From Verrucomicrobiales bacterium (GTDB lineage: Bacteria; Verrucomicrobiota; Verrucomicrobiia; Limisphaerales; Palsa-1400): 64,000 nt of DNA. The notes beneath the pieces are model-generated. The model did no database searches, was not told the DNA's origin, and saw nothing but the letters and a program-made list of their open reading frames with translations. The position numbers and the translations under genes are program-made. Of the stretch, positions 1 to 9,226 are shown piece after piece (positions within the stretch are counted from its first letter, which is position 1; each line of letters starts with the position of its first letter). Location of the stretch: positions 104,656 to 168,655 of the forward strand of contig PLGF01000135.1 in assembly GCA_003138485.1 (NCBI GenBank), written 5' to 3'.

Positions 1-899
1 TTTTCCACGATACCACGGACCAAATGGTGATGCTCAGAGGCAGCACGACGTATCGCGACTGGACTCTGATTCTGTCCCAAGGTTATGTGAACAGCACCCA
101 GCCGCTGGTGGAGACGGGGACCCAAGTCGCGCAAGAGGCCTATACCACGGCCTTCTACGCGGCCTGGCAGATGAACGACAAAATGGCTTTGCAATTGGGA
201 TTGAATCAGAACTTCCGCACGGCCGAAGAACTGAACAGTTTGCACGAATGGACCACCTCCGACTGGCTCAACTACCAGTTGGAGCCGCAGTTGGGCGCCG
301 CCATCGGGTTGACCGGGGGATATGACGAAGTCAGCTTAGGCTCCGACATGCCGTTCGAGGAGGTGCTCGGACGGGTGATTTTTCAACCCGGCGCCAAGTT
401 GAGCTTGATAGTCGTGGGCGGGGCTGAGGAGAGGCAGTTCATTCATCCATCCTCGGCCCCGTTTTTTGGACCGATTTTCAACGCGTCGGCGTTGTATAAG
501 TTGTTCGAGGGAACCCTCCTCACCGTCTCCGGCAGCCGCGAGGTGACTCCGTCCTTCTATGGAAACGAAATCAATGTCATCACAGCCTTCACGGGCAGGG
601 TGCGGCAGGACATTACCAAGAAGGTGTATTTCGAGTTCAGCGGTGGCTATACCTCCGAGCCGTTTACCAGCATCGTGGCGGGTCCATTGCCGCAATACTA
701 TATTGGGACCCCGCCCCGGACGGACCTGGTCCAAACCCGGTCCGACACTCGAACTTACGTGCAAGTCCGCTTGTCCGCCGTCTTCCGCACCCGCCTGACC
801 GCGTCGATTTTTTACATGCACACCGAGGATGCTTCCTCCCAATCCAATTTTACTTACTCTGGCAATCAAGTTGGCCTCGATCTGAATTACCGTTATTAA
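1..899 (+). CDS. outer-membrane beta-barrel protein, 5'-partial (continues upstream of the window)
   Basis: The reading frame is open to base 1, with no stop upstream of the Met at 24. It shows an alternating-hydrophobic beta-strand pattern. The C-terminus ...GLDLNYRY is aromatic, as is typical of BAM-inserted barrels. Confidence 0.6.
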   Translation, partial: FHDTTDQMVMLRGSTTYRDWTLILSQGYVNSTQPLVETGTQVAQEAYTTAFYAAWQMNDKMALQLGLNQNFRTAEELNSLHEWTTSDWLNYQLEPQLGAAIGLTGGYDEVSLGSDMPFEEVLGRVIFQPGAKLSLIVVGGAEERQFIHPSSAPFFGPIFNASALYKLFEGTLLTVSGSREVTPSFYGNEINVITAFTGRVRQDITKKVYFEFSGGYTSEPFTSIVAGPLPQYYIGTPPRTDLVQTRSDTRTYVQVRLSAVFRTRLTASIFYMHTEDASSQSNFTYSGNQVGLDLNYRY

Positions 900-905
900 G
901 TGACG

Positions 906-1505
906 ATGGCGCAACTCATGCTTGCCCAGCCAGACTTCGGCTGGCGTCCGCAACTCGACAACCCGACGTTCCTGGGCTGGTCGGTCGTTGCGTTCTACGG
1001 CGTGGCCGCCCTGGCTTGCGCGCGGGCGGCGGTTCTGGCCCGCGCCGGGAGGGTCCTCGGCGCCCAAGGGGGGCGTCCAGCCGGCTGCGCCCCGGTGTGG
1101 TGGGTGTTGGCGTCGGCGCTCTGCTTTCTGGGAGTCAACAAGCAATTGAATCTGCAAACGCTGATGATTGCCATCGGGCGGAATTTGGCCGCCGCCGGCG
1201 GATGGTCGCATCAGCGGCGGGCGGTGCAGTTGGTGTTCAGCGTCGTGTTTGGATTTGGGCTTTGGCTGGCGCTGGTTTGGCTGGCGGCCAGACATCGTGA
1301 TTTCTTCCGCCAGAATCCACGCGTTTTCTGGGGAGTTCTCGTTCTCGTCGTGTTTGTGGCGTTGCGCGCGGCAACCATCAACCACGCGGACAGCTTTCTG
1401 CGACTTGACCTCAAGGACGAACATTGGGCTTGGGTCATGGAAATCGGGGGGAGCGTTCTCATCGGAATCGGAGCGGCGCAGTCGCGCCAGCCGTCGGAAA
1501 CATGA
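906..1505 (+). CDS. polytopic inner-membrane protein, unknown function
   Basis: About five hydrophobic helices, e.g. FLGWSVVAFYGVAALACARAAVLA and AVQLVFSVVFGFGLWLALVWLAA. The stop overlaps the next start (ATGA at 1502-1505), suggesting translational coupling. Confidence 0.5.
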   Translation: MAQLMLAQPDFGWRPQLDNPTFLGWSVVAFYGVAALACARAAVLARAGRVLGAQGGRPAGCAPVWWVLASALCFLGVNKQLNLQTLMIAIGRNLAAAGGWSHQRRAVQLVFSVVFGFGLWLALVWLAARHRDFFRQNPRVFWGVLVLVVFVALRAATINHADSFLRLDLKDEHWAWVMEIGGSVLIGIGAAQSRQPSET

Positions 1506-2185
1506 AACCAAACGAGCGCCGGATTTGCGCGGGCCTTGTGGCCCGGCGGGAGTGCTGGTCATTGACGTGGCGCGGGCGCTTTCTGGTTCTGGGGTTGATG
1601 GCCGCGACGCTGACGTTTCTGGTCTTGGAGGCGGAACCGTTTCTGGCCCCAACGGAACGTGTGCCGGCGGATTTGCTGGTGATCGAAGGGTGGACACAGC
1701 CCTTTACGATGAAACAGGCGGCGAACGAATTCACTTCGGGCCGCTATCAGCGCGCGATCCTTGTGCGGACGATTGCCGATTTGGACGACAAATATGAGTC
1801 CGGCCAGTTCGCGGGGGATTATCTTGTGAACCTTCTGGAGAAGTACGGAGTGCCGGCGGAGAAGATCACGGCGCTGTACCCGTTAGTGGCCAAAAAGGAC
1901 CGGACCTACTCCTCCGCGCTGGAAGTGAAAAAATGGCTGGCTCGACAAGGGATGGCCGTGAAATCGCTGGATTTGATGACGATGGGCGCCCATGCGCGCC
2001 GTTCACGTCTTCTATATGAGAAGGCGTTTGGAGACGGCACGAGAATTGGAGTCATCAGCATGGGCGACGTGGCATACGAAAGAAGACATTGGTGGCGCGT
2101 GAGCGAGGGTGTGCGGGAGGTGTTGGGGGAGACGATAGCGTATATTTACGCGAGGTTCTTCTTCCGGCCTCCGGATTCAATGTGA
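1502..2185 (+). CDS. DUF218 (YdcF/ElyC/SanA-like) envelope protein
   Basis: N-terminal TM anchor. The blocks LLVIEGW...KDRTYSSALEVKKWL...LDLMTMGAHARRSRLLYEKAF resemble the DUF218 fold family. Confidence 0.65.
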   Translation: MKPNERRICAGLVARRECWSLTWRGRFLVLGLMAATLTFLVLEAEPFLAPTERVPADLLVIEGWTQPFTMKQAANEFTSGRYQRAILVRTIADLDDKYESGQFAGDYLVNLLEKYGVPAEKITALYPLVAKKDRTYSSALEVKKWLARQGMAVKSLDLMTMGAHARRSRLLYEKAFGDGTRIGVISMGDVAYERRHWWRVSEGVREVLGETIAYIYARFFFRPPDSM

Positions 2186-2197
2186 TACGGTTGATTT

Positions 2198-2794
2198 ATG
2201 AATGTTGAAGAAGCATTAAAACATATCAGTGCCGCGTTCAAGGAGGGGGCGGACCTGCGGATGCGGGTCGCGCGGGAGTGCGGCCCGGGGATCGTTGAAG
2301 CGGCGCAAGCGATGGAGGCGTGTCTGCGAGCGGGCGGAAAGCTGCTGTTTTTTGGCAACGGCGGAAGCGCGGCGGACGCGCAGCATATCGCGGCGGAATT
2401 CGTGGGCCACTTCATCAATGAGCGCCGCGCGCTTGCGGCGATAGCGTTGACGACCGATACGTCGATATTGACTGCGGTGGGAAATGATTACGGATACGAG
2501 CGCGTGTTTTCGCGGCAGATCGAGGCGTTGGGAAAGGCCGGGGACGTGGCCGTTGGGATCAGCACGAGCGGGAATTCACCGAACGTGATTGCCGGGCTGA
2601 AGCAGGCCCGCGCCCAGAAACTCAAGACGGTGGGCCTGGCTGGCAAAGATGGCGGCCTGCTGCGCGCCTGCTGCGATATTCCGCTGGTTGTGGCGTCGCC
2701 GAACACGGCGCGGGTGCAGGAGTGCCACATCACCATGGGGCATCTGCTCTGCGAATTGACGGAGAGGGCCTTGCTGGGAGAGGAGCGCGCCTGA
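2198..2794 (+). CDS. gmhA: D-sedoheptulose-7-phosphate isomerase (SIS domain)
   Basis: Colinear with E. coli GmhA motifs: GGKLLFFGNGGSAADAQHIAAEF, GNDYGYERVF, GISTSGNSPNV, LAGKDGG. Confidence 0.9.
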   Translation: MNVEEALKHISAAFKEGADLRMRVARECGPGIVEAAQAMEACLRAGGKLLFFGNGGSAADAQHIAAEFVGHFINERRALAAIALTTDTSILTAVGNDYGYERVFSRQIEALGKAGDVAVGISTSGNSPNVIAGLKQARAQKLKTVGLAGKDGGLLRACCDIPLVVASPNTARVQECHITMGHLLCELTERALLGEERA

Positions 2795-2881
2795 CAGGCT
2801 GTTGGGCGCCGGAGCGTTGTAAAGAATTGAACTGAAATGAAGTCCGTGGTAAATCCTCCGTTAAATCGGAATACTGAAACT

Positions 2882-4168
2882 ATGAAAATTGCCATTGTTG
2901 GTCTTGGATATGTCGGCCTGCCGTTGTCGCTGCAATTCGCGCGGTCGAACACGACGGTGCTGGGTCTGGACATTGACAAGGCCAAGGTGAAGTCGCTCAT
3001 GGCCGGGCGGAGTTACATCAAACACATCGAGTCGTCGGCGATTGCCGAGGGGGTCAAGTCCGGGCGCTTTTCGGCCTCGACGGACTTTTCGCTGGTCAAG
3101 GAGGTGGAGGCGGTGATCATCTGCGTGCCCACGCCGTTGAACAAGAACCGGGAGCCGGACATCTCTTACATTCTGGAGACTGGGAAAAGCATAGCGCCGC
3201 ATCTGAGCAGGGGAACGTTGGTGGTGCTGGAATCGACGACGTATCCAGGAACGACGGACGAGGATTTGCGCCGGGTGCTGGAGGAAGGCTCCGGGTTGAA
3301 AGCGGGAGTGGATTTTCATCTGGCGTTCTCGCCCGAGCGGGAAGACCCGGCCAACCCCAATAGCGTGGTGGCGACAATCCCCAAGGTGGTGGGGGGCCTG
3401 ACGCCGGCCTGTTTGGAGAAAGCCAAGGCCGTGTACGGGCGGGCGATCAAGACCTTGGTGCCGGTTTCCTCCTGCCGGGTGGCGGAGGCGGCCAAGCTGA
3501 CGGAGAACATATTCCGCAGCGTCAACATTGCTTTGGTGAACGAATTGAAGATGGTCTATACCGCGATGGGCATAGATGTTTGGGAGGTGATCAACGCGGC
3601 GAAGACCAAGCCGTTCGGATTCATGCCGTTTTATCCCGGACCGGGTCTGGGCGGCCACTGCATCCCGATTGATCCGTTTTATCTGACCTGGAAGGCGCGC
3701 GAATATGTCCAGAACACGCGGTTCATTGAACTGGCCGGCGAAGTCAATTCGGCGATGCCAGAGTATGTTGTTCAGCAAGTGGTCGCGGCGCTCAACGCGC
3801 GTCGCAAAGCGGTCAATGGGGCGAAGGTGCTGGTTCTGGGTTTGGCTTACAAGGCGGACGTGGACGATGACCGCGAGTCGCCCAGTTACGTGTTGATGAC
3901 GCTGCTCAAGGAGCGCGGGGCGGCGGTTTCGTATTACGATCCCTACGTGCCGGTCATCAAGCTGACGCGCGAACATCCCCAGTGGGCCGGCGTCAAGTCC
4001 GTGGGGTGGGACGTGAAAACCATCAAGAGCTTCGACCTCGTGCTGATCGCCACCAAACATTCCAGTGTCGATTACGCGAGCCTGGCGAAATGGGCGTCGT
4101 GCATCGTTGATACGCGCAACGCCATGGCCGGCATCGAGACCAAGGCCGGGCAGGTGCGCAAAGCTTGA
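2882..4168 (+). CDS. UDP-sugar 6-dehydrogenase (UDP-GlcNAc/ManNAc dehydrogenase, TviB/WbpA/WecC-like)
   Basis: Rossmann start MKIAIVGLGYVGLPLS and catalytic-Cys block GLGGHCIPIDP. Length is about 430 aa. I prefer the ATG at 2882 to the upstream start at 2837. Confidence 0.85.
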   Translation: MKIAIVGLGYVGLPLSLQFARSNTTVLGLDIDKAKVKSLMAGRSYIKHIESSAIAEGVKSGRFSASTDFSLVKEVEAVIICVPTPLNKNREPDISYILETGKSIAPHLSRGTLVVLESTTYPGTTDEDLRRVLEEGSGLKAGVDFHLAFSPEREDPANPNSVVATIPKVVGGLTPACLEKAKAVYGRAIKTLVPVSSCRVAEAAKLTENIFRSVNIALVNELKMVYTAMGIDVWEVINAAKTKPFGFMPFYPGPGLGGHCIPIDPFYLTWKAREYVQNTRFIELAGEVNSAMPEYVVQQVVAALNARRKAVNGAKVLVLGLAYKADVDDDRESPSYVLMTLLKERGAAVSYYDPYVPVIKLTREHPQWAGVKSVGWDVKTIKSFDLVLIATKHSSVDYASLAKWASCIVDTRNAMAGIETKAGQVRKA

Positions 4169-5227
4169 ATGAGCGCAACTGAGGAACTGAAGGAAAGGCT
4201 GGCCAGTTCGCCGGCCACGTGGCTGGTCACGGGCGTTGCCGGTTTCATCGGCTCGCACTTGGCGGACGAACTTCTGCGCCTGGACCAGAGGGTCATCGGA
4301 TTGGACAACCTTTCGACGGGCACTCTAGAGAATCTGGCGCAGGTGCGCGAGGGCGTTGGGCCGCGGCGCTGGGCGGGATTCACCTGGATCAAGGGGGATA
4401 TTCGGGACGCCGCGACGTGCCGCCAAGCCGTGCAGGGTGTTGATTACGTTTTGCATCAAGCCGCCCTGGGATCGGTTCCCCGTTCTTTGGAGGACCCCAA
4501 GCTGGCCAACGATAACAACGTCAACGGCTGCGTCACGATGCTCTGGGCCGCCCGCGAAAGCGGCGTCAAACGATTTGTCTTCGCTTCCAGTTGTTCGGTG
4601 TATGGGGACGAGGCGGCTTTGCCACAAGTCGAGCATAGAATTGGGCGCTGCCTCTCTCCGTACGCGGTCACCAAGCGCGTCAACGAACTCTACGCGGAGG
4701 TGTTCGGACGGTGCTATGGAATGGAAACGATTGCTCTGCGCTATTTCAACGTTTTTGGGCCGCGGCAAGACCCCAACGGAGCCTACGCCGCCGTCATCCC
4801 CAAGTGGATTGCCGCCATGCTTCACAATGAATCGGTCCAGATACATGGCGACGGGTCAACCACGCGGGATTTTTGTTACGTGGCCAACGTCGTTCAGGCC
4901 AACCTGCTGGCGGCGGCGGCTCAGAATCCGGAGGCTCTCGGCCAGCAATACAACATCGCCGTTGGTGGAGAAACGACGTTGAAAGCGCTCTTCGAAATGC
5001 TGCGGCAGCGTCTGGCTCCGGGCCGTCCGTACCTGGATGAGTTCAGGCCGCACTATGCTGAGTTTCGGCCCGGCGACATACTGCATTCCAGGGCCGACAT
5101 CACCAAGGCGCGCCGGTTGCTGGGTTACCAGCCGACTCACAGCGCCGCCCAGGGGCTGGACGAAGCTTTGGAATGGTACGTGAAAGAGTTTTCGAGCCGG
5201 CCCGCGCCAGCCGGAGCAATCCTATGA
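4169..5227 (+). CDS. extended-SDR UDP-sugar 4-epimerase (WbpP/TviC-like)
   Basis: [19 protein letters not shown] and YAVTK (YxxxK) motifs. It abuts the dehydrogenase stop, matching the classic TviB-TviC type pairing. Confidence 0.85.
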   Translation: MSATEELKERLASSPATWLVTGVAGFIGSHLADELLRLDQRVIGLDNLSTGTLENLAQVREGVGPRRWAGFTWIKGDIRDAATCRQAVQGVDYVLHQAALGSVPRSLEDPKLANDNNVNGCVTMLWAARESGVKRFVFASSCSVYGDEAALPQVEHRIGRCLSPYAVTKRVNELYAEVFGRCYGMETIALRYFNVFGPRQDPNGAYAAVIPKWIAAMLHNESVQIHGDGSTTRDFCYVANVVQANLLAAAAQNPEALGQQYNIAVGGETTLKALFEMLRQRLAPGRPYLDEFRPHYAEFRPGDILHSRADITKARRLLGYQPTHSAAQGLDEALEWYVKEFSSRPAPAGAIL

Positions 5228-6093
5228 AAGGCATCATACTCGCGGGAGGAGCAGGGTCTCGACTTTTCCCGCTGACGCTCGTCGCCAGCAAGCAGTTGCA
5301 GCCGGTTTATGACAAGCCAATGGTCTATTACGCGCTGACGACCCTGATTGAAAACGGGGTGCGCGAGTTTTGCCTGATCTCGACTCCGCGGGATTTGCCG
5401 CGTTTTCGGCAACTGTTGGGAACAGGCGCTTCGTGGGGGCTCTCGATCGATTACCGGGAGCAGGCGCGACCGGCTGGAATCGCGCAGGCGTTTTTGATAG
5501 CCGAATCGTTCATCGGCGGGGACCCGGTGACGCTCATTTTGGGCGACAACATTTTTTACGGGGCCGACAGTTTCAAGCGGGCGTTCGCGGAGTTCCAGGG
5601 CGGGGCTTCCATTTTTGGCTATCGTGTCACGGACCCCGACCGCTACGGGGTGGTGGAGTTCGACGAGACGGGGCGGGCCGTTTCGATTGAGGAGAAGCCC
5701 AAGGCGCCCCGAAGCAATTACGCGGTGCCTGGGTTATACTTATACGACAACCAAGTGGTCGAGACAACGCGGAACCTCCGTCCGTCGGCGCGGGGCGAAT
5801 TGGAAATCACCGACGTGAACATCGCGTATATGCGGCGGGGCCAGTTGCGGGTGCATAAGTTGAGCCGGGGATTTGCCTGGCTGGACGCCGGGACCAGCAG
5901 CAGCCTGCATGAGGCGTCGGCATACGTGCAAACCATCGAGAAGCGGCAAGGCATCAAGATCGGCTGCCCCGAGGAGGCGGCGTTCCGCCGGGGGTTTGTC
6001 GGGCGGGAGGATTTGGAGAAACTGGCGGGCCGGATGCCCAATTGCGAATATCGCGATTACCTGCTTCGAGTCGTGGCGGAGGCTGGGCGTTGA
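5224..6093 (+). CDS. rfbA: glucose-1-phosphate thymidylyltransferase
   Basis: [18 protein letters not shown]...[14 protein letters not shown] plus the C-terminal RmlA blocks. The ATGA overlaps the upstream stop. Confidence 0.95.
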   Translation: MKGIILAGGAGSRLFPLTLVASKQLQPVYDKPMVYYALTTLIENGVREFCLISTPRDLPRFRQLLGTGASWGLSIDYREQARPAGIAQAFLIAESFIGGDPVTLILGDNIFYGADSFKRAFAEFQGGASIFGYRVTDPDRYGVVEFDETGRAVSIEEKPKAPRSNYAVPGLYLYDNQVVETTRNLRPSARGELEITDVNIAYMRRGQLRVHKLSRGFAWLDAGTSSSLHEASAYVQTIEKRQGIKIGCPEEAAFRRGFVGREDLEKLAGRMPNCEYRDYLLRVVAEAGR

Positions 6094-6094
6094 T

Positions 6095-7054
6095 ATGATC
6101 GTGCTTCTTGGCGGCAGCGGGTACATTGGCGGGGAATTCGCGGCGGCTTTAGGCCGGCTTGGCTGGCCGTTCGTCGCGCCGGCGCGGACGCATTTGGATT
6201 ACACGCGGTTTGATCTTTTGCGGGAGTTTTTGCGGGAGATCAAGCCGGAATTCCTGATCAACGCCGCCGGCTACACGGGCAAGCCGAATGTGGACGCGTG
6301 CGAAGAAAAGCGGGCGGACACGTTGCAGGGCAACACGCTCTTTGCGGCGACGGTGGCGCACGCTTGCGCCAGTCTGGGCATTCCATTCGGGCATGTGTCG
6401 TCGGGGTGCATTTTTTCCGGCGGCAAAGTGGTGGTTGAAGGCCGGGCGCGCGTGGAGAAGGATTTGAACCTGCCGCGACTGCAAGCGTTGCTGGAAAAGG
6501 ACCCGGAAGCGTTCCGCGGATTCACCGAGGAGGACGAGCCGAACTTCACGTTTCGACGGCCGCCGTGCAGTTTCTACAGCGGGAGCAAGGCGCTCGGGGA
6601 GGAGGCGATCGGCGGGGTGGGCCGGAGTTATATTTGGCGTTTGCGAATTCCCTTCGACCAGATGGACAGCCCGCGCAATTATCTCAGCAAGTTGCAGAAC
6701 TATCCCAAGGTGTATGAAAACGTGAATTCGCTTTCGCACCGGGCCGACTTCGTGGCGGCCTGCCTGGAACTGTGGCGGCGCCGGGCGCCCTTTGGCATTT
6801 ACAACGTCACCAATCCGGGATTTGTCACCTCCGCGCGGGTGGTGGAGATGATTGAGCGCATCCTCAAACCCCGCCGCGCCTTTGTCTTCTGGGCCAACGA
6901 CGAGGAGTTCTACCGCGTGGCGGCCAAGACACCCCGCTCCAACTGCATATTGGACGTATCCAAACTGCTCGCGGCGGGTGTCCCCATGCGCCCGGTGGAG
7001 GAAGCGCTGGAGGATTCCTTGCGCCAATGGAAACCGCTGGCAAAAGAAAAGTGA
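6095..7054 (+). CDS. NRS/ER-type 4-keto-6-deoxy-hexose 3,5-epimerase/4-reductase-like SDR (RmlD-superfamily)
   Basis: GGSGYIG; NAAGYTGKPNVDACE; SSGCIF; EEDEPNF...FYSGSK (Y161/K165, codons 6575-6577 and 6587-6589); WRLRIPF...SPRNY; GIYNVTNPG; PRSNCILDVSKL. These blocks parallel plant NRS/ER more than classical RmlD. Confidence 0.75.
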   Translation: MIVLLGGSGYIGGEFAAALGRLGWPFVAPARTHLDYTRFDLLREFLREIKPEFLINAAGYTGKPNVDACEEKRADTLQGNTLFAATVAHACASLGIPFGHVSSGCIFSGGKVVVEGRARVEKDLNLPRLQALLEKDPEAFRGFTEEDEPNFTFRRPPCSFYSGSKALGEEAIGGVGRSYIWRLRIPFDQMDSPRNYLSKLQNYPKVYENVNSLSHRADFVAACLELWRRRAPFGIYNVTNPGFVTSARVVEMIERILKPRRAFVFWANDEEFYRVAAKTPRSNCILDVSKLLAAGVPMRPVEEALEDSLRQWKPLAKEK

Positions 7055-7098
7055 AAAAAGATTTTGACAATGTAGTCACACGCGACTACATTGCCGCC

Positions 7099-7425
7099 AT
7101 GAAAAGAAAAACAACGAAATATCCGGTCGCGAAATCGCAGCCGATGGCGCTTAAAGAAGTTGCCGTCGCGTCAGGTGTCGGAGATATCATCAATGTGCGG
7201 TCGGCGAAGACCCATTTGTCCGCCCTCCTCGAATGGGTGGCGGGCGGGCACGAAATCACAATCACCAGCGACGGCAAGCCCAAGGCCAAGTTGATTCGGG
7301 CCAGGGAAGCCGCCGGACGAAAGACGTTCCAGGGGATGGGCGTTTTTCTCTCCGGGCAGCCAATTCATGGCGGGCCGTCAGCCGAGGAATTCATCCGGGA
7401 AGATCGCGATTCCCGCGGTTGGTGA
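7099..7425 (+). CDS. Phd/YefM-family type II antitoxin
   Basis: INVRSAKTHLSALLEWVAGGHEITITSDGKPKAKLI is a typical Phd/YefM N-terminal domain. The stop overlaps the toxin start. An alternative start lies at 7144. Confidence 0.75.
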   Translation: MKRKTTKYPVAKSQPMALKEVAVASGVGDIINVRSAKTHLSALLEWVAGGHEITITSDGKPKAKLIRAREAAGRKTFQGMGVFLSGQPIHGGPSAEEFIREDRDSRGW

Positions 7426-7889
7426 TGTATCTGGATTCCGCCATCGTTGTGAAATTGCTCGTGCGCGAACCCGATAGCGAATGGTTCGATCGCGCTCTGG
7501 CTGGACAGAACCTCGAGTCTTCGGACCTGGCGCTGACAGAGGTTCGTTCAGCGTTGCTGGCGAAAGAGCGCAAGGGACAAATCACGTCGCTCGAGCGCGC
7601 CGCCGCCGTGGAGAAGTTTCGCTCGATGGTGGAAGACGAGATAATCCGGCTTCTGGCGCTCAATCGCGCAGTGCTCGAACGCGCCAGCGAAATACAGTTC
7701 GCGTGTCATCCTCTGATTCCTTTGCGCACACTGGACGCCCTTCACGTCGCGACGTGTGAGTTGCACCGGAGCGGCCGGATGTGCGCGACGGACGGGAGGA
7801 TGCGCGCGGCGTGCGAGCACTTCGCAATCGCGCTCCTTCCCGCGCGCATGGACGAAATAGCCGCGGATTCTGCGAGGCGGACGTCGTAA
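7425..7889 (+). CDS. vapC: PIN-domain ribonuclease toxin VapC
   Basis: All four PIN acidic positions are present: MYLDSAIV (D4), LALTEVRSAL (E), LRTLDALHVA (D) and CATDGRM (D). Overlaps the antitoxin by 1 nt (TGATG). Confidence 0.85.
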   Translation: MYLDSAIVVKLLVREPDSEWFDRALAGQNLESSDLALTEVRSALLAKERKGQITSLERAAAVEKFRSMVEDEIIRLLALNRAVLERASEIQFACHPLIPLRTLDALHVATCELHRSGRMCATDGRMRAACEHFAIALLPARMDEIAADSARRTS

Positions 7890-7928
7890 ATTCCGCATCG
7901 CGTTTTGTCGAAAAACTTCCCTTCAAGT

Positions 7929-8945
7929 ATGAATTTGCTCATCACGGGTGGCGCGGGTTTTATCGGATCGAACTTGGTCCATCATATCATCGACCGGCCT
8001 GAAATCCGCCTTCTGGCCAACCTCGATTGCCTGACTTATGCCGGCCATCTGGAAAGCCTGGAGGATATTGGACGGCATCCGAAGTACGTGTTTGAAAAGG
8101 CCGACTTGCGCGACAAGGACGCGGTGCTGGAGGTGGTGAAACGGAACTCGATCACGCATGTGTTGCACTTGGCGGCGGAGTCGCACGTTGATCGATCCAT
8201 TAGCGGGCCGGGAGACTTCATTCACACCAATATCGTCGGAACGTTCCATCTGTTGGAAGCGGCGCGGGCGGCGTGGTCGGGCAACTTTGGCGGAAAACGC
8301 TTCCACCATGTCTCCACCGACGAGGTCTATGGCAGCTTGGGAGCGGAGGGGTATTTTGCCGAAACGACGCCGTATGCGCCCAATTCGCCTTACTCGGCCA
8401 GCAAAGCCGCGAGTGATTTTCTGGTTCGTTCCTATCATCATACGTACGGATTGCCGGTGGTGACGACCAACTGCTCGAACAACTACGGACCTTACCAGTT
8501 TCCCGAGAAGCTCATCCCGGTCATCATTGGAAGCGTATGCCAGCGGCGGGCCATTCCGGTTTATGGCGACGGAATGAACGTGCGGGACTGGCTCTATGTG
8601 TGCGACCACGCGGAGGCGCTCTGGCAGGTGCTGACGCGGGGCCGGGTGGGCGAAACTTACAATATCGGCGGTCACAACGAATGGGCGAACATCCGCATTG
8701 TGGAGTTGATCTGCGACGTGATGGATGAGCTGGCGCCGGAGTTGGGCGGCAATTCCCGGCGCCTGATCACTTTTGTCAAAGACCGTCCGGGCCATGACCG
8801 CCGCTACGCCATTGATGCCGGGAAGATCGAGCGGGAATTGGGATGGACGCCCGCGCACACGTTTCAAAGCGGGCTGCGGGAAACGATTCAATGGTATTTG
8901 GAGAACCAGGACTGGGTGAAGCGCGTGCAAATGACGAAGAATTAG
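7929..8945 (+). CDS. rfbB: dTDP-glucose 4,6-dehydratase
   Basis: [34 protein letters not shown] (YxxxK), [18 protein letters not shown]. Confidence 0.95.
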   Translation: MNLLITGGAGFIGSNLVHHIIDRPEIRLLANLDCLTYAGHLESLEDIGRHPKYVFEKADLRDKDAVLEVVKRNSITHVLHLAAESHVDRSISGPGDFIHTNIVGTFHLLEAARAAWSGNFGGKRFHHVSTDEVYGSLGAEGYFAETTPYAPNSPYSASKAASDFLVRSYHHTYGLPVVTTNCSNNYGPYQFPEKLIPVIIGSVCQRRAIPVYGDGMNVRDWLYVCDHAEALWQVLTRGRVGETYNIGGHNEWANIRIVELICDVMDELAPELGGNSRRLITFVKDRPGHDRRYAIDAGKIERELGWTPAHTFQSGLRETIQWYLENQDWVKRVQMTKN

Positions 8946-9115
8946 CCCCGCCAGTTTGTCGGTAAACTTTACAAGTTTACACTGTGTCAGGGGTTCCCCG
9001 ACAAATCATCTCTGATTCATTAAATGATTGACACAAGCGTTAGTGATTGATGGTTAGATTGATGTGAATGAAATGTCCGTTTCGCGCAGATCATTTATTC
9101 GTCGGAATGGAGCAT

Positions 9116-9131
9116 TGGCACAAGGATTGCG
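9116..9131 (+). promoter_or_regulatory. sigma-54 (-24/-12) promoter candidate
   Basis: TGGCAC-aagga-TTGCg with exact GG-to-GC spacing. It lies in a 281-bp AT-rich intergenic region about 95 nt upstream of the ATG at 9227. Confidence 0.55.
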
Positions 9132-9226
9132 GCAATAAACGACGCGACGAGTTATTCACCGTCTTAACGGCTAGTTTAAGACTACATCGTGCTTCGGACA
9201 GAGGCTAAAGGCTGTCGCAAAGAGAT

